Part shown: positions 38,588-50,589 of the stretch, piece by piece
Layout: each line of letters opens with the position of its first letter
Position numbering within the stretch: position 1 is the stretch's first letter
DNA from: Isurus oxyrinchus
Lineage: Eukaryota
Reading direction: 5' to 3'
DNA length: 64,000 nucleotides
NCBI GenBank assembly: GCA_026770705.1
Contig: JANJGN010000031.1
Coordinates: 1,302,001 to 1,366,000, forward strand
Translations under genes and position numbers: made by a program
Notes under the pieces: generated by a model
Told to the model about the DNA's origin: nothing
The model's database searches: none
Seen by the model: the letters and a program-made list of their open reading frames with translations, nothing else

Positions 38588-40284
38588 CAAAGTGTTTACC
38601 GTTTTAATGACCTGACAATACTTAACACAATGATAATCAATCCCGCTGGCCCAGAAATGTAACAATTATTAAGAACGATATTTCATTACTACATGTGGTA
38701 AATTGTTCTTGGAGGTGTTAATAAGATGACTTTTTAAATATTTACATTTTTCATTGCTTTTTCTTTCTGTCTCTTCTCTCTATCTCTCTCTCTCCCTCTC
38801 TATCTCTCTGTATCTCTCTCTCTCTTTCTCGCTCTCTCCATCTCTCCCCCTCAGCACAATCTTTCTTTCCTTTGCATTATGTCTCTTTCTGTACCTGACA
38901 TCACTCGATTTCACCCTGCCTCTCAATCATCATTGCTTATTGGCTTTCGTAGGAGTGCAGCTGATTTCCCAGATCACATCTGGAATTCAATAGATGTACC
39001 ATGAGGAAAGTTTAAAGGAAATGGGGTTTTATTAATTGGAATTTAGAAAGTTTAGGGGTTTCTTTCAAAATACTGTGGGGAACTGATAGGGGAGATGGAG
39101 AAAAACTGTTTCCCACATTGTGTACCCTGTTACTCGGGGGCATTGTCTAACAAAGAGAGACGGACCTTTCAGGAATGAAATTGGAAACACTTCTACAAGC
39201 AAAGGATAGAATAAGTTCGGATCTCCCTTCCGCAAAAGACCGTTGATCCATTACCAGTTGGCATCTTCAATCTGAGGTTGTTTATTTTTGTAAATATAAG
39301 TTATTCAGGAATGTGGGGCAAAGGCGGGTATTGGGACTTAGAGCGGAAATCAGCCATGATCCTTCTGAATGGTGGAATAGACTCGAGGGGTTAAATCCAG
39401 CTCTCGTGTTCCTATGATTCTAAGTTCGTACAAATCGCACTCGAACCTATTCATAGAGTCAGTTTTCAACTCCTCTTCAGATAAAGTTCCCCAAAATTCT
39501 CGCAACTCTGAGTTCAAAAGGATCTAATTTTCAATTTCCCAAAGCTTTTACATATATTACCATAGGCAACTGACCTGCTCGCGAGAGAAAATCGTTTCCC
39601 TTCAAGCATTTCACCAATTATGCCTTTTTCCATTCTTTAACAACTTCTCGGCTTCGCTGGCTAGCCCAACAATTATTGCCCGTCCCTACTTGCCTCTGAG
39701 ACGGTGGTAATGAGCTGCCTTCTTGAACAGCTGCAGTCCATGTGGCTTAGATAAACTGATAATGCTCGTAGAGAGCGAGTTCCAGGATTGTGAACAAGCG
39801 ACAGTAAAGGCATGGCAATATATTTCCAATGACCTAAAATGTGACGCCTTTGGTTGCAGACCCTCCTGCCAATGGAAGCAGTTCTGATTGTTTTATCTAC
39901 CCAACACATTCGTTATTTCCGAGGCCTCGGTCAAAACATCCCTTATCCTATTCTGTTCTAAGGAATACAGTTCCAGCTTTTCCAGTTTCGATATCCTTTG
40001 CATGTGGAAGTGTTTGCCAATTTCACTCCTGGTGAAGGTCTGGCTCCAGGTTTTCGAGCAGCCCCCCGAGTCGTCGAATACCCAATCAATGGAAATAGTT
40101 TCTCTCTATCTACCCATTTCCCCTAAATATCTCGAAATTGCCCCTTAACCATCTAAATTCCAATAATTAAAATACAATTTTTGTGATCTTTTTCCGTAAT
40201 CATCCTGTTTTATAAATCCTCTTGCAATTATTCTCTCTGACACCACTTTCATCATAAGTGCCAAATCAACTCAATAGAACTTAC

Positions 40285-40336
40285 CCAAAATCATGAGTTT
40301 TGAACCATCGCCAAATGTATAATCATAGCTTCCTAA
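40285..40336 (-). CDS. TRBJ: Jbeta segment; open, non-canonical RSS
   Basis: LGSYDYTFGDGSKLMIL G|gtaagt; RSS CATTATG-12-AAGAAAATT (40337-40364), CAT in place of CAC. Confidence 0.9.
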
Positions 40337-41192
40337 CATTATGTTAAACGGTTGTAAGAAAATTAGTGCCTCTTTAACTCTGTACAAGTTCGTTCATGAA
40401 TGCAATTTGATCATTTTGTATTGTGATATATTCCACCCTACTGCTCTTTTTCTTCTTCTTGGCTGTACATTTTCTTGTTGTCTTTAACCCCTACAGTTCT
40501 ATCTCTCTAATTTCCCATCCTCCCAGAGTGTTGGCTACATATTGCTCTGGATCTGGAGTTTGGAGAGATGAGAGGAGATTTTGATAAATCATAGACGGTT
40601 TGGATTAGGGCCTGACAGGGGCGAGGGTGAGAGGGTGTTTGTTCTCGTGTGGAATCTAGAACTCTGGGGAAATCGTTTCAGAATGAGCGGTTAGCCATTT
40701 GAAACATGAGAAGGAATTTATTTTCTTGCAGAGTCACGAATCTTTGTAATTTTCTATCTCAGAGAGCTTGGGAAGCTGGACCTATGAATACATTCAAGAC
40801 ATAGTTAGAGACATTTTGAACTATAAGGAAGTCAAGGGTTATAGGGAACACAGCGTAAGGTGGGATTGAGTCAAGATCAGGTCAGACATAATATTTCTCA
40901 TCAAGCTGGAGGGTCCGAATGGCTTTCTCCTGCTCTTATTCATTATGCTCTTACGTTGGTTCTATGTATATGGTTGCCAATTCCTCTCTCACTCTCCCTT
41001 CAACCACACCTATCTTTTTTTCTTATGTTCAGATAGTTACTGTATTTATTAATCCTTTAATACAACCTTCACTCTTTTTCCAAATTTCATATTGTGTCCC
41101 CTTTCTTTAAATTGATTAGAATAAATTAGTCGTATGTTTCAATGCTCATTGAGATAAAAACATTGATACTTCTTCATCCACAGCTCACTTAC

Positions 41193-41249
41193 CTAAAACA
41201 GTTAACTTAGTGCCATCTCCAAAGTGCAAGGGTTCATTGCCAACATTCA
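41193..41249 (-). CDS. TRBJ: Jbeta segment, likely functional
   Basis: NVGNEPLHFGDGTKLTVL G|gtaagt; RSS CACACCA-12-ACAAAAATT (41250-41277). Confidence 0.95.
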
Positions 41250-41649
41250 CACACCATCATGTCACTTCACAAAAATTATTCTCACTAGCGACCTGGCAAA
41301 ACCTGCTGCCTAACTCATTGATATTTGATAGCCACCTTTAGTTCACGAGATAACAACAAGATAAGGAAAACTCATGAGCTAACCAGGAGGTTTCCAATTA
41401 AAATTAAATGCATTCTCAATACTGCCTGTCCATCTATATTTGCCCCTGTATATCATGCTTTAAGGCCACACTCCTGACAGTGATACAAGATTTCCCCTTC
41501 ATTCCTCAATTAGGCATTTAACTCTGCTTCAAACATACGATTCTTACTTCATTAAAAAAGGAAATCGCACTCACATAAAATTGTTAACTTCGACCCTTCC
41601 CCAAAATTCAGAGGGTCGTATCCGCTTGCACTATACTAAACAACAATAC

Positions 41650-41795
41650 CAAAACACAGCGATGATAGACAGACGTTCAGACAAGCAGGTAAGTAGATAG
41701 ATAGATACACAGGCAGATAGATAGACAGACAAACAGACAGACAGGTAGCTAGGTAGATAAATAGACGGATAGGCAGACAGACAGATAGATATTTG
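41650..41795. repeat. GATA/GACA tetranucleotide microsatellite in the J cluster
   Basis: Runs of agat and agac. Confidence 0.85.
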
Positions 41796-41848
41796 ATAAA
41801 ACGATGCATTCACATATATATATTTATACTTATGTCAACGTAACTTAC

Positions 41849-41898
41849 CTGAAACAGTCACTTTGGTCCCAGCTCCAAAATAATAGATGGCAGCAGAG
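41849..41898 (-). CDS. TRBJ: Jbeta segment, likely functional
   Basis: SAAIYYFGAGTKVTVS G|gtaagt; RSS CACAACG-12-TATAAAACA (41899-41926). Confidence 0.95.
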
Positions 41899-43432
41899 CA
41901 CAACGGTTAATGCCTGTTATAAAACATCTTACCTATCTGTAATTCGTGTTGCTATGGGATTATGTGTAACAACGGAACACAGAGGAACATAGGATCAGAG
42001 GAACATGGGAACATAGGAGTAATGGAATATGACCTTATTGAAACAAGAGGAGGCCGTTTAGTTGATGGAGTTTGTTCCAACATTAAATTAGATCATGGTT
42101 AACTGTACCCTAACGATGCCGATGCATAACCTTTAATATTCTTGCCTAACAACAAGCAATGAATCAGAAATTTGATTTTTTCAATTGATAACACCCTCCC
42201 CAATTCCTCCTGTCTTATCAACTTTCTGGTGGAGATTTGTAGAATTCCACTCGACTTCGTGTGAACAACAATGCTTCCTGACATCACTCCTGAACGGTCT
42301 GGCTCTAATTTAATGATTTCACCCCTTTATTCAGCACCCGCCACACCAGAGCAAATAGCTGATTGCTATCTACCTCCACTGAATCCGATAATCAACTTAA
42401 ACACAACAATTGGATCACCCCTTATTCACCGATACCTAATATACTACAAACCCGGCTTAAGGTGCCTATTCTCAACATGTGACTCTTTTAAGCACGGTAT
42501 CATTTTGTTTAAGGAGGAAAGTTCATTCAACTCTTGAACGCCTCAGGGTGCATAGATACAATAGCTCAACAACACTAGCGATTTCGATTAGTAACTTTAA
42601 AGTACATGGCCTCTAAATGGTATTGTTTCATTACCATTACAGGTCAATGGGGAATACGTGGAATCACGTCGAATTTCCATAAGGTTCTATTCCTTTCTCG
42701 CCCATGTCTTTATACAGTATCTCCTTTAAACGCATCCAAGCTATTCGCCTCAAACCTGTATTTCCCCACTCTCTGGGGAAAAACGTTTCTCCAGAATTTC
42801 AGATTGGATTTATTAAGGGCTATTTTACATTGATACCACCCCTCCACCTCTTGCCTCCCCGCACCCCCCCACCCCACCCCCCCATTCACCACCCCCGCCT
42901 TACCTCCGGTCTCCCCACAAGTGGAAACCTCTTCTCTGCATCTGCCCTATCGATACCCTTCTATCATTCTAATCTTTATCAGGTCAACCCTCAGCTCCAG
43001 ACCATTCAATCTCTCCCGATGGTTATAACTGCTCAGTTCTGCCATCAGCCTTGTTAATATTTCAACTGTATCTAATGCCTCTGCTGCTTACTTTATATTA
43101 GGTAGAATAGAACTGTGTAAAGAACAGTTGAATCTAACATTTTTAGCTTGATAGATGTGGCCTCTGTTTACTGTTCTGCTCCCATTGACCAAGCCATTCT
43201 GTTTACATCTATATTGTTGTTTGTTCTGCATACTTGAGAGGTCCCACTTTCTGTTCTTTCTCAGAGTCATTTCCCACAGTGAAGCGAATGCAACGGTGGC
43301 GAGTCTGTCTTAGTAAGCTGAAGTGTTGAAATTAATTCACCAATATTACCTATACTTTCACCCCCTCTCCCACCCGGCATGAATTGATGAATTGCAACAA
43401 CTTTCTCCAGTATTAGGAATGTGTTCGCTTAC

Positions 43433-43482
43433 CAAAAACGACCAGTTTTGTCCCACTTCCGAAATAAGCTTCATAAGCAGAA
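43433..43482 (-). CDS. TRBJ: Jbeta segment, likely functional
   Basis: SAYEAYFGSGTKLVVF G|gtaagc; RSS CACAATG (43483-43489), 12-13 nt spacer, GCAAAAATC. Confidence 0.95.
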
Positions 43483-44100
43483 CACAATGGTACAGGGCTA
43501 TAGCAAAAATCCCCCTGAAGCCAGCTATGTCATGTTTATTTTATTGGATCTTCTGCGATGTTAATGACCATTAAGGGATGTGGGAACAGGGGGACATTAG
43601 GCAGTTATTCAGCCCTTCAAACCTGTTCCATCATTCAATTATATAATGGCTGATCTGTATCTTAACCTCATCATCCAGTCTCGGTTCAGTAACCCTCAGT
43701 ACTTCTGCTTACCTACAATCTATCTATACAGAGTTGGAAGTTTTCAAACCCTAAATATTCTCAAAAGCTTTTTGGCGAGCAATTTTCTGATTCCCACCAG
43801 CTGCTTTATGAAGAGGAACTCTCCGACATAACACTTGAACGGTCTGGTTCTAATTTAAACGGTTCCGGGCTCCCCCCGGCCAGAGAAAGCAGCTCCCCTC
43901 AGCCCATTCAACCAACTTGTTTAACCGCCTTAAACGCCTCGATTATATTAAATACATCTTGTGTATTCAAAGGAAAGGAAAATCAGCTTATGTAACCAGC
44001 CCCGAGCTTTATATCTCTAATATCCAAACATAGGCCCTCGCCATTTTTAAATGTATATTGACATATATTTTGGTCAATAGAAGGAACAGAGTCGCCTTAC

Positions 44101-44146
44101 CCAAAACTATTAACTTTGTCCCGTCGCCGAAGTAAACTGCTCCCTG
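44101..44146 (-). CDS. TRBJ: Jbeta segment, likely functional
   Basis: QGAVYFGDGTKLIVL G|gtaagg; RSS CACAATG-12-TCATGAACA (44147-44174). Confidence 0.95.
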
Positions 44147-44821
44147 CACAATGCTGAATCCTGAGTCATGAACAGGCCTCGGGGTTGCCCCTTCCCAAGT
44201 GAGAGAGCTTGCGCCGTTAATAGGCAAATAATCACGCGGCAAGTGCACATGGTTCATGGGCACGATTTATAAAATTAAACATCTTATTCATCACTGCCTG
44301 GCAGATAAACTAGAAATAAAAAAGACGCTGGCTCACCCAGAACTGTTAGTTTGGTTCCTTGCCCGAAGTAATTCACATCTGCTGCACGGTGACACCTCAT
44401 CCCCTCAAAAAGCCTTTAAACGGCTATTGCTTTCCATTTGGCATGTATCCAATCTGCATGAATCCATTATCAACTGCATGGAGCCCATTCTAGTCTACAT
44501 GATTCCATGTTAACCTGTGAATGTTATGCCTACCCGTATGTTTTAGTTCTGGCCTATGGATTCTGTCTCGAACAGCAAGGTTAAATTCTGATCTCTATGG
44601 ATCATATTTTGATCTATAAATTCTACATCATCCTTTAAGAGTGCAATTATCAATTAATCACGGGCGATGTTTGTATTCTTTGTATGGTCGATTCACTACT
44701 CTTATATTGAACCAATTGGTGTAGCCATCTCCAAGTATTCTGACTACATAGAACGACTTATTATTGCTGGAGGATGAAACAGGATTCCTCCGATTCTAAA
44801 TAATGAGGAATATTAGCTCCA

Positions 44822-44864
44822 CCCCAGGGATTAACTATTGAACCAAAGCGCAAATAGATGCATT
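44822..44864 (-). pseudogene. Possible Jbeta relic
   Basis: CIYLRFGS next to heptamer-like CACAATA (44865-44871); rest of the motif and the nonamer are lost. Confidence 0.3.
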
Positions 44865-44993
44865 CACAATAGGCACGTTTCTCGCTGGTGATCTAACATG
44901 CGTCTGAATTTATAAACGTTCCTGACTGGCAGGAAGCCTGGAATACACATCGTTGTGCATGTACTTGGAGAAAAAATAAGTTTATTTTCTTAC

Positions 44994-45041
44994 CTAGTAC
45001 CGTTAGTTTGGTACCTCTCCCGAAGAAGGCTGTTGTCCCAG
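44994..45041 (-). CDS. TRBJ: Jbeta segment, D-proximal; open, non-canonical RSS heptamer
   Basis: GTTAFFGRGTKLTVL G|gtaaga. Best RSS is CAAATCA-12-ACATCAACA (45042-45069), which lacks the CAC. Confidence 0.9.
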
Positions 45042-45462
45042 CAAATCAGCAGGTCTGTTTACATCAACACCGTTGAAACATCGTCTCTTAGACATTAGTG
45101 CAGCGCCGATCAAGGCACCAGAACGTCCAAAGAAATATTGTTATCAAGTGATTACTATAGATAGACACAGGAGCCTAATTTCGCCAAGACATCGCATCAA
45201 AAGCAGTGTGATAAATGACCAGATCATTGTTTTATATTGGTTGAGAGATAAATAACGGCCAGGGCACTGAAGAGATGAGAGGTTGAAGAGTACCCGGTTT
45301 TTCCACAAATCACACAAAACAGTTCATTTTACATAAAAATGCCCTCGGCAGGCAGTCCCGATGCCCTTGACGATGCTTCCTCCATTGCCCCCATGAAATG
45401 TCCAAGCTTAAATTCCATTGTCGCCTCCTTTCTGCTGATCTTCCGACAGGTGTGTGCCTTGA

Positions 45463-45501
45463 GGTTTTTGTACAGAGACTGACTTGTATTTTATCACTGT
45501 G
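45463..45501 (-). other. Dbeta 3' 23-RSS
   Basis: CACAGTG, 23-nt spacer ATAAAATACAAGTCAGTCTCTGT, ACAAAAACC: consensus heptamer and nonamer. Confidence 0.97.
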
Positions 45502-45514
45502 TCCCCCCTGTCCC
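45502..45514 (-). other. TRBD: TCR beta diversity segment (Dbeta), GGGACAGGGGGGA
   Basis: Matches the conserved GGGACAGGGGG core of vertebrate TRBD1; open in all three frames (GTGG, GQGG, DRG); flanked by a 5' 12-RSS and a 3' 23-RSS. Confidence 0.97.
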
Positions 45515-45542
45515 CACGGTAATTTATACCCATACAAAAAGA
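45515..45542 (+). other. Dbeta 5' 12-RSS
   Basis: CACGGTA, 12-nt spacer ATTTATACCCAT, ACAAAAAGA. Confidence 0.93.
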
Positions 45543-45620
45543 GCTCAAACGGTGCAAGGCCCCACCTCCTCGTCCCGTAACGTGATTTGACATTGAGGTG
45601 ATTGAGGTTTTGAAGGTTGG
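45522..45620 (-). promoter_or_regulatory. Candidate Dbeta germline promoter (PDbeta-like)
   Basis: TATAAAT on the minus strand inside the 5' RSS spacer (45522-45528); CCCCACCTCC box about 35 nt upstream. Same TATA position as mouse PDbeta1. Confidence 0.55.
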
Positions 45621-45714
45621 TAAGATCTTTCGAATGCAGTAGAACGTTATGCAGCGCCTCGGGCTTCATACACAGGAATAACTGATGGCCAAACATCCCC
45701 TGGATCTTCTCGTG

Positions 45715-46080
45715 CAGGAGCAGGAAGAGGTCATTCAGCTCTTTACACCAGTTACATAGGAACAGAAGGAGCCCCATTAAGGCCACTCAGCCCTGTTACA
45801 AAGGAATTAGAGGAGGTCATTCAGTCCCTCGAGCCGGTTACACAGAAACAGAAAAAGGCCCATTCACCCCCTTGGACCTATTACACAGAAACAGCAAGAG
45901 GTTACTCAGACCTTTGCGGGCATGTTATATAGGAACCAGGGCAGGCCAGTCCACGTCTTGAGGCTCGAACATAGGAATAGCTGGCGGTTATTCAGCCTCT
46001 TAGCCCTCGTGGAAAGGATTAGGAGGCCATTTACCTCTTGAGTTGTTACATTGGAACAGGAAGCAGGTATCAGCCATGGA
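45715..46080. repeat. Degenerate tandem repeat, unit about 40 bp
   Basis: Repeated gttaca(c/t)aggaacaggaggaggccattcagccc; related array at about 4150-4320. Confidence 0.75.
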
Positions 46081-47309
46081 AACTTCCTCTCTTCGATTCA
46101 ACTTTTCTTTCTTTCTTTCTGACTGCCTCGATCCCTTTATCCCACCATTCTTCCGTCCCCTCCTTGTCCCCTCCGGCACTCTCTTCATCATACCTACAAC
46201 CTGTTGGATCTCAGTATGTAACAGCACCTTCCCGCAAACAGACACAAGTAGGTTATACAGTAAATCATGGATACTCTGTCACTCAGAATCCTATATCTGC
46301 AAAACTGAGAGCCCGCTGGTTGCCAGGGTATCCTGCTGATATGTGGCGCAGTTCTTATTTCTGTTCATTTCTCTTCAAGTCGTCCTGCTTCACAATGCAC
46401 TTGTCACTGAACTAAAATTTCGCAAGATCTGCCATTTCTATTGTTTAGCTGCTTAATGTGCAGCTAAACATAGCACGACATTTCGGGTTGAATAGGTTCC
46501 AAGAAGCATTCATCAAATAATGAAGACCTTGAATGAAGAAACGAAACCAAACTGTTTGGAAAGGAAGGTGAATGTGACCTCATTAAAGTAAGTGCTCTTT
46601 TGCTCTTTAGTGATTACAGCTCATAGTATGAATCTGTTGTTGCTTCCAATTGACCCCGGGCAAAATAAACTTATGAACACTTGTGTTAAACCTGCATGCC
46701 ATCTGGATCCACATTTAGAGTGATGTGGTCAATTATGGTATCAACTTTGCATGGAGATGTGGAGGGGGTGCTTGCAGTATTTAGAAGGAGATATTATGCT
46801 TATCAGGAGAAACAGAGCAGACCCGAACTCCCCAGAAAAGGGTTGTGAGCTAATAGAGTTATTTGTAATTATGTGGCTTTCGTATATGGTAGATGTATAG
46901 AAAATGCTTCCATTTGTGGCGGATCTAGGACTGTAAATATAAAATAGACGTCTATTATTGGAAGTGAAAATTCATTAGAAACTTGTCTACTCAATAGTGT
47001 TGATAATGTGCAACTCGCTACCACAAGGAATGATTAAGGTGAATAGCTTCGATGTATTTAAAGGGGAAGTTGAATAAAGACATGAGTGAGAAAGAGATTG
47101 AATGATTTGTTGAGGGAAAGAGGGAACGAAGGAGAGAGAATGAAGACCAGCGACTACTACTGGCTCAGAAAATCTGGCGGAACCCTCACCACCTCCCCTC
47201 TCCCCCCACCCCCGCCTCCTGCTTTCCGTCCAGCGTTGCCCTTGGGATTCATTATGTCCTAAACCGAAAACACAGACGCTGTAATGTGTTATCCGAAAGA
47301 AAGCAGCTC

Positions 47310-47680
47310 CGATAGTGCAGAGCTCCTTAGAACTGTCCCTCCAACAGTGGAGTGTTCCCTCAGTACTAACCCTCCGGCAGTGCAGCACTCCTTAGTACTG
47401 ATCCTTCTACAGTACAGCATTCCATTGGCACTGACCTTCTTACAATGCAGCGCTCCCTCAGAGGTGACAGTCTGACAGTGCAGCTCACCCCATGCATTGA
47501 CCCTCCGACAGTGCAGCATTCCCTTAGCACTGACCCTCCTACAGTGCAGTGCTCCTTCAGTACTGGCCCTCCTACAGTGCAGCACTCCCTCAGTACTGAC
47601 TCTCTGATAGTTCAGCACTCTCTCAGCATTCTCCCTACAAAAGAGCAGCGCTCCCTCAGCACTAAACATTCAACAGTGAA
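47310..47680. repeat. 33-bp minisatellite
   Basis: About 11 copies of cagtgcagcactccctcagtactgaccctcc(g/t)a. Confidence 0.9.
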
Positions 47681-48542
47681 AAGCCCCGTCCATACTGGCA
47701 CTAACTGGAGCGTTAACTGGATCTGGCAACATTTGACTAAAGGCGGTCGAACTACCAACTAACCTACAACTAATAATCTAATGGACACACCTCCCCTAAC
47801 GAGTGGAAGTTCTGGTTTATGGTGACCTGTTGAGCTACGTTTGCAGATGATTTGTCACGTTCGAAATGCGCAATTCGAGAATGGCAAGTCACTCACCATT
47901 CTGACTTGGAAATATATCGCCGTCCCTTCAATTTCGCTCGGTCAAAATCCTGGAACTCCCTCCCTAACAGCAATGTGGATGCAACTACACTACATGGACT
48001 GCAACGATTCAAGAAGGCAGCTCACTACCGCCCTCTCAAGGACGATTGGGGATAGGCAATAAATGCTAGCCTCGCCAACTACGTCCGCATTCCATGAGCG
48101 AATTACTATAAAACATCTAAGTTGCTTGCTTAAAGTTTACTGACATTTAATCAGGCCGCAGCTATGTAATGAAGTACATTTCCGAACCATAGGCCGTTAG
48201 TGGCGCTATTGCTTCAATAATATTTGTAGTTTCTTCATTTCCGACCTCTGCTTCCTCTGCCAGCAGCCTGAGTCCTCCAATCTCCTCCTGACAAGTCTCC
48301 ATCTCCCCATCCTCAATTAAGATCCTGCTCAAACTTTAGCAAGATTCGCATGATTAGTATTTACTCATGAGACGCGGTGTCCAGTATTGGCTGAATTACC
48401 CTCGTTGCGACGTTTTGACTACATACGTTCACAACGCAATATCAATGCAAGTTGTTGTTGTTTAATTTAGTTGGCCATAGGTCTGTGAATAAGAGCCCTG
48501 GTAGACTTGTAAAATTGAAGACGCGATGTGTTCAGCTCTATG

Positions 48543-48795
48543 AGACTGTTGGCAGCAGAATATTATGCTCACTGTCTTTTTCGCATTTAACGGGGATTTA
48601 GGTGAGATAAATGATGATGCCGTATTCCTCCTCAGAAATCGCGCTTGTGACAAGAAGGTCGAAACATATTTCAACAAGGGCCTAGGAACGCTGTCAAAAC
48701 GATGCCAGTAACGCTTGCGGTTATTTATTCGCAAATGGCACAGCAGCATAAGACGGTATAGAAATGTGCGATGAAATGCCGGTATCCATCAACTT
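48543..48795 (-). pseudogene. Highly degenerate Vbeta relic
   Basis: LMDTGIS, then LLCHLRINNRKRYWHR (C-to-W spacing of a V domain), and a decayed D-S..FC..NS end before CATAGAG. Confidence 0.5.
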
Positions 48796-49039
48796 TTTGC
48801 GCCAGCGATACAAAAGTAAAGCACCGCAGATACTGAAGTAAAAGCAGAAAATGCTGGGAATATTCAACAAATCAGGCAGCATCCGTGCAGAGAGAAACAG
48901 AGACAATGTTTGAGGTCAAATGAAAGTTTCTGATGAAAGGTCAAAGGCTTGGAAAATGTTAACTCTATTTTCTCCCTCCAAAGAGGTTTCCAGCATTTTC
49001 AGTTTTGATTCCGTTCGCTACACTCTCCCTGTTTCCTGT

Positions 49040-49860
49040 CACGCTGCCAATCGTCGTTCAGCTGCTCCCACTGTTCCTTTTAATCTGTGGGATTGAACTT
49101 TGATGACAAGGTTCATCTAACACCTTTTGGAAGTACAGAGTGTATTCAAAATAGGAGATCAATTGGTCAAGGTGGTGAGTTTTACAGACCAACAGGCCCT
49201 CGTGGCTAGTTTAGCAGATGATCTGCAGATAATAATGGATAAAATGAAAGAACTTGTGAAAGCTGGTGGAATGAAAATTAACATAAAATACGAACGTTAT
49301 GAGGTTTGAAGAAATAATTATGACAACGTAGAGGTCAAGATCAATGGTATCACAACGTAAGCACCTGGGAAGCATCTTTTCAGAAATAAATTGGAGCTGG
49401 TACAGCGATGACAAAGATTGCATTCTTCAAACATTTCTGCAGCATATCAATGGGTAGAGGTGTTAAGCAATGACTTATCATGATTGTGTTTTTCTGTGTC
49501 TTGCTGAACAGGGCTGAAATGTGAATCTTGAGAAAAGCGAGCTTCTAAGGGCTATAAACTGTGAAATGAGGCCCTAGAGCAAGATGGAGAATGTCAGTTA
49601 GAGAGAAACACACGAACAATGAAGAAGTTCCCAGCATGATAAAGCAAGAAGATTGTTAGTGAATATCATAATGAACAGTTAACAAGGTTGGACAGGCCAT
49701 ATTATAAGGTATGAGAACTTTCTGAAGAATGTTAGTAAATGAAGACTACAGGGCTTCAGACCAAGACGGGTCTTAGGTTATTTGAAATTTAAAGTGCTCC
49801 AGTGAGGAACCGCATAGATTACGCGCCAGTCATGGAGAAAAAAGCAAAGGGCCCGTCCTT
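49040..49860 (+). mobile_element. Old RTE-clade LINE RT fragment
   Basis: KIGDQLVKVVSFTDQQALVASLADDLQIIMDKM..GMKINIK resembles the RTE region around FADD. Confidence 0.7.
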
Positions 49861-50589
49861 AGATAGATCACTACCACTACTTTTAGAAGCCTATGTACAC
49901 TACATTAACCCCATTATCCTCTGATACTTCATCAAAAATTGGTTCCCCACTCGGTTTATTGGTTAGTCTGTATCATGCTGAGGGTGTCAAATGGAAATTA
50001 TAGGATTTACAATGCGAATATGAGAGCACCTCAATCCACCCTGTATGGCTGATCACAGGCTAAATTAGGAGTGTGATGGAATGCTTTTCACTTACTCGGG
50101 TGAGTGCAGCTCCAAAAACACTCATTCCAGAGCAAAGCAGCCCACTTGATTGGCCACCTTCAGCATTCACTCCCTCTACACCCGATGCACAGTAGCAACA
50201 GTGTGTACCTTCGACAAGATGCACTGCAACAACTAACCAAGGCTCATTCGTTGGCATCTTCCAAACTCGTGGCCTCTGCCACCTCGGAGGACAAGGGCCG
50301 CAGAAACATGGGAAACAACCGCCTGAAAATTCCTCTCCAAGCCACTCACCATCCTGAATTGGAACTATATGACCGTTCCTCCACTGTCACTGCGTCAACA
50401 TCCTGCAATCCCTCCCTAGCAGCACATGGACTGCAACTGTTCAAGAAGGCAGCTCATCACCGTTTTCTCAAGGACAATTAGGTATGGGCAATAAATGCTG
50501 GCCTAACCAACATGCCGTTAAAGAATATATTTTAAAAATATGTTTGGTGTGCATCACACTAGAGGTGGCGACAATGGTGGAAAATTATG

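Noticed and set aside
39445-39620. Two faint J-like spacings (GELYL..KLTL and RFSLASRSVAYG|gt)
   Set aside because: Both lack FGxG and an RSS.
43275-43281. Isolated CACAGTG in the J cluster
   Set aside because: No nonamer at 12 or 23 nt and no adjacent J coding sequence.
46255-46370. HGYSVTQNP...YFCS, V-like on the plus strand upstream of D
   Set aside because: Too short; no first Cys, no WYRQ-like motif, no RSS.
47310-47680. CRISPR-like regular array
   Set aside because: Head-to-tail minisatellite without unique spacers, in eukaryotic DNA.
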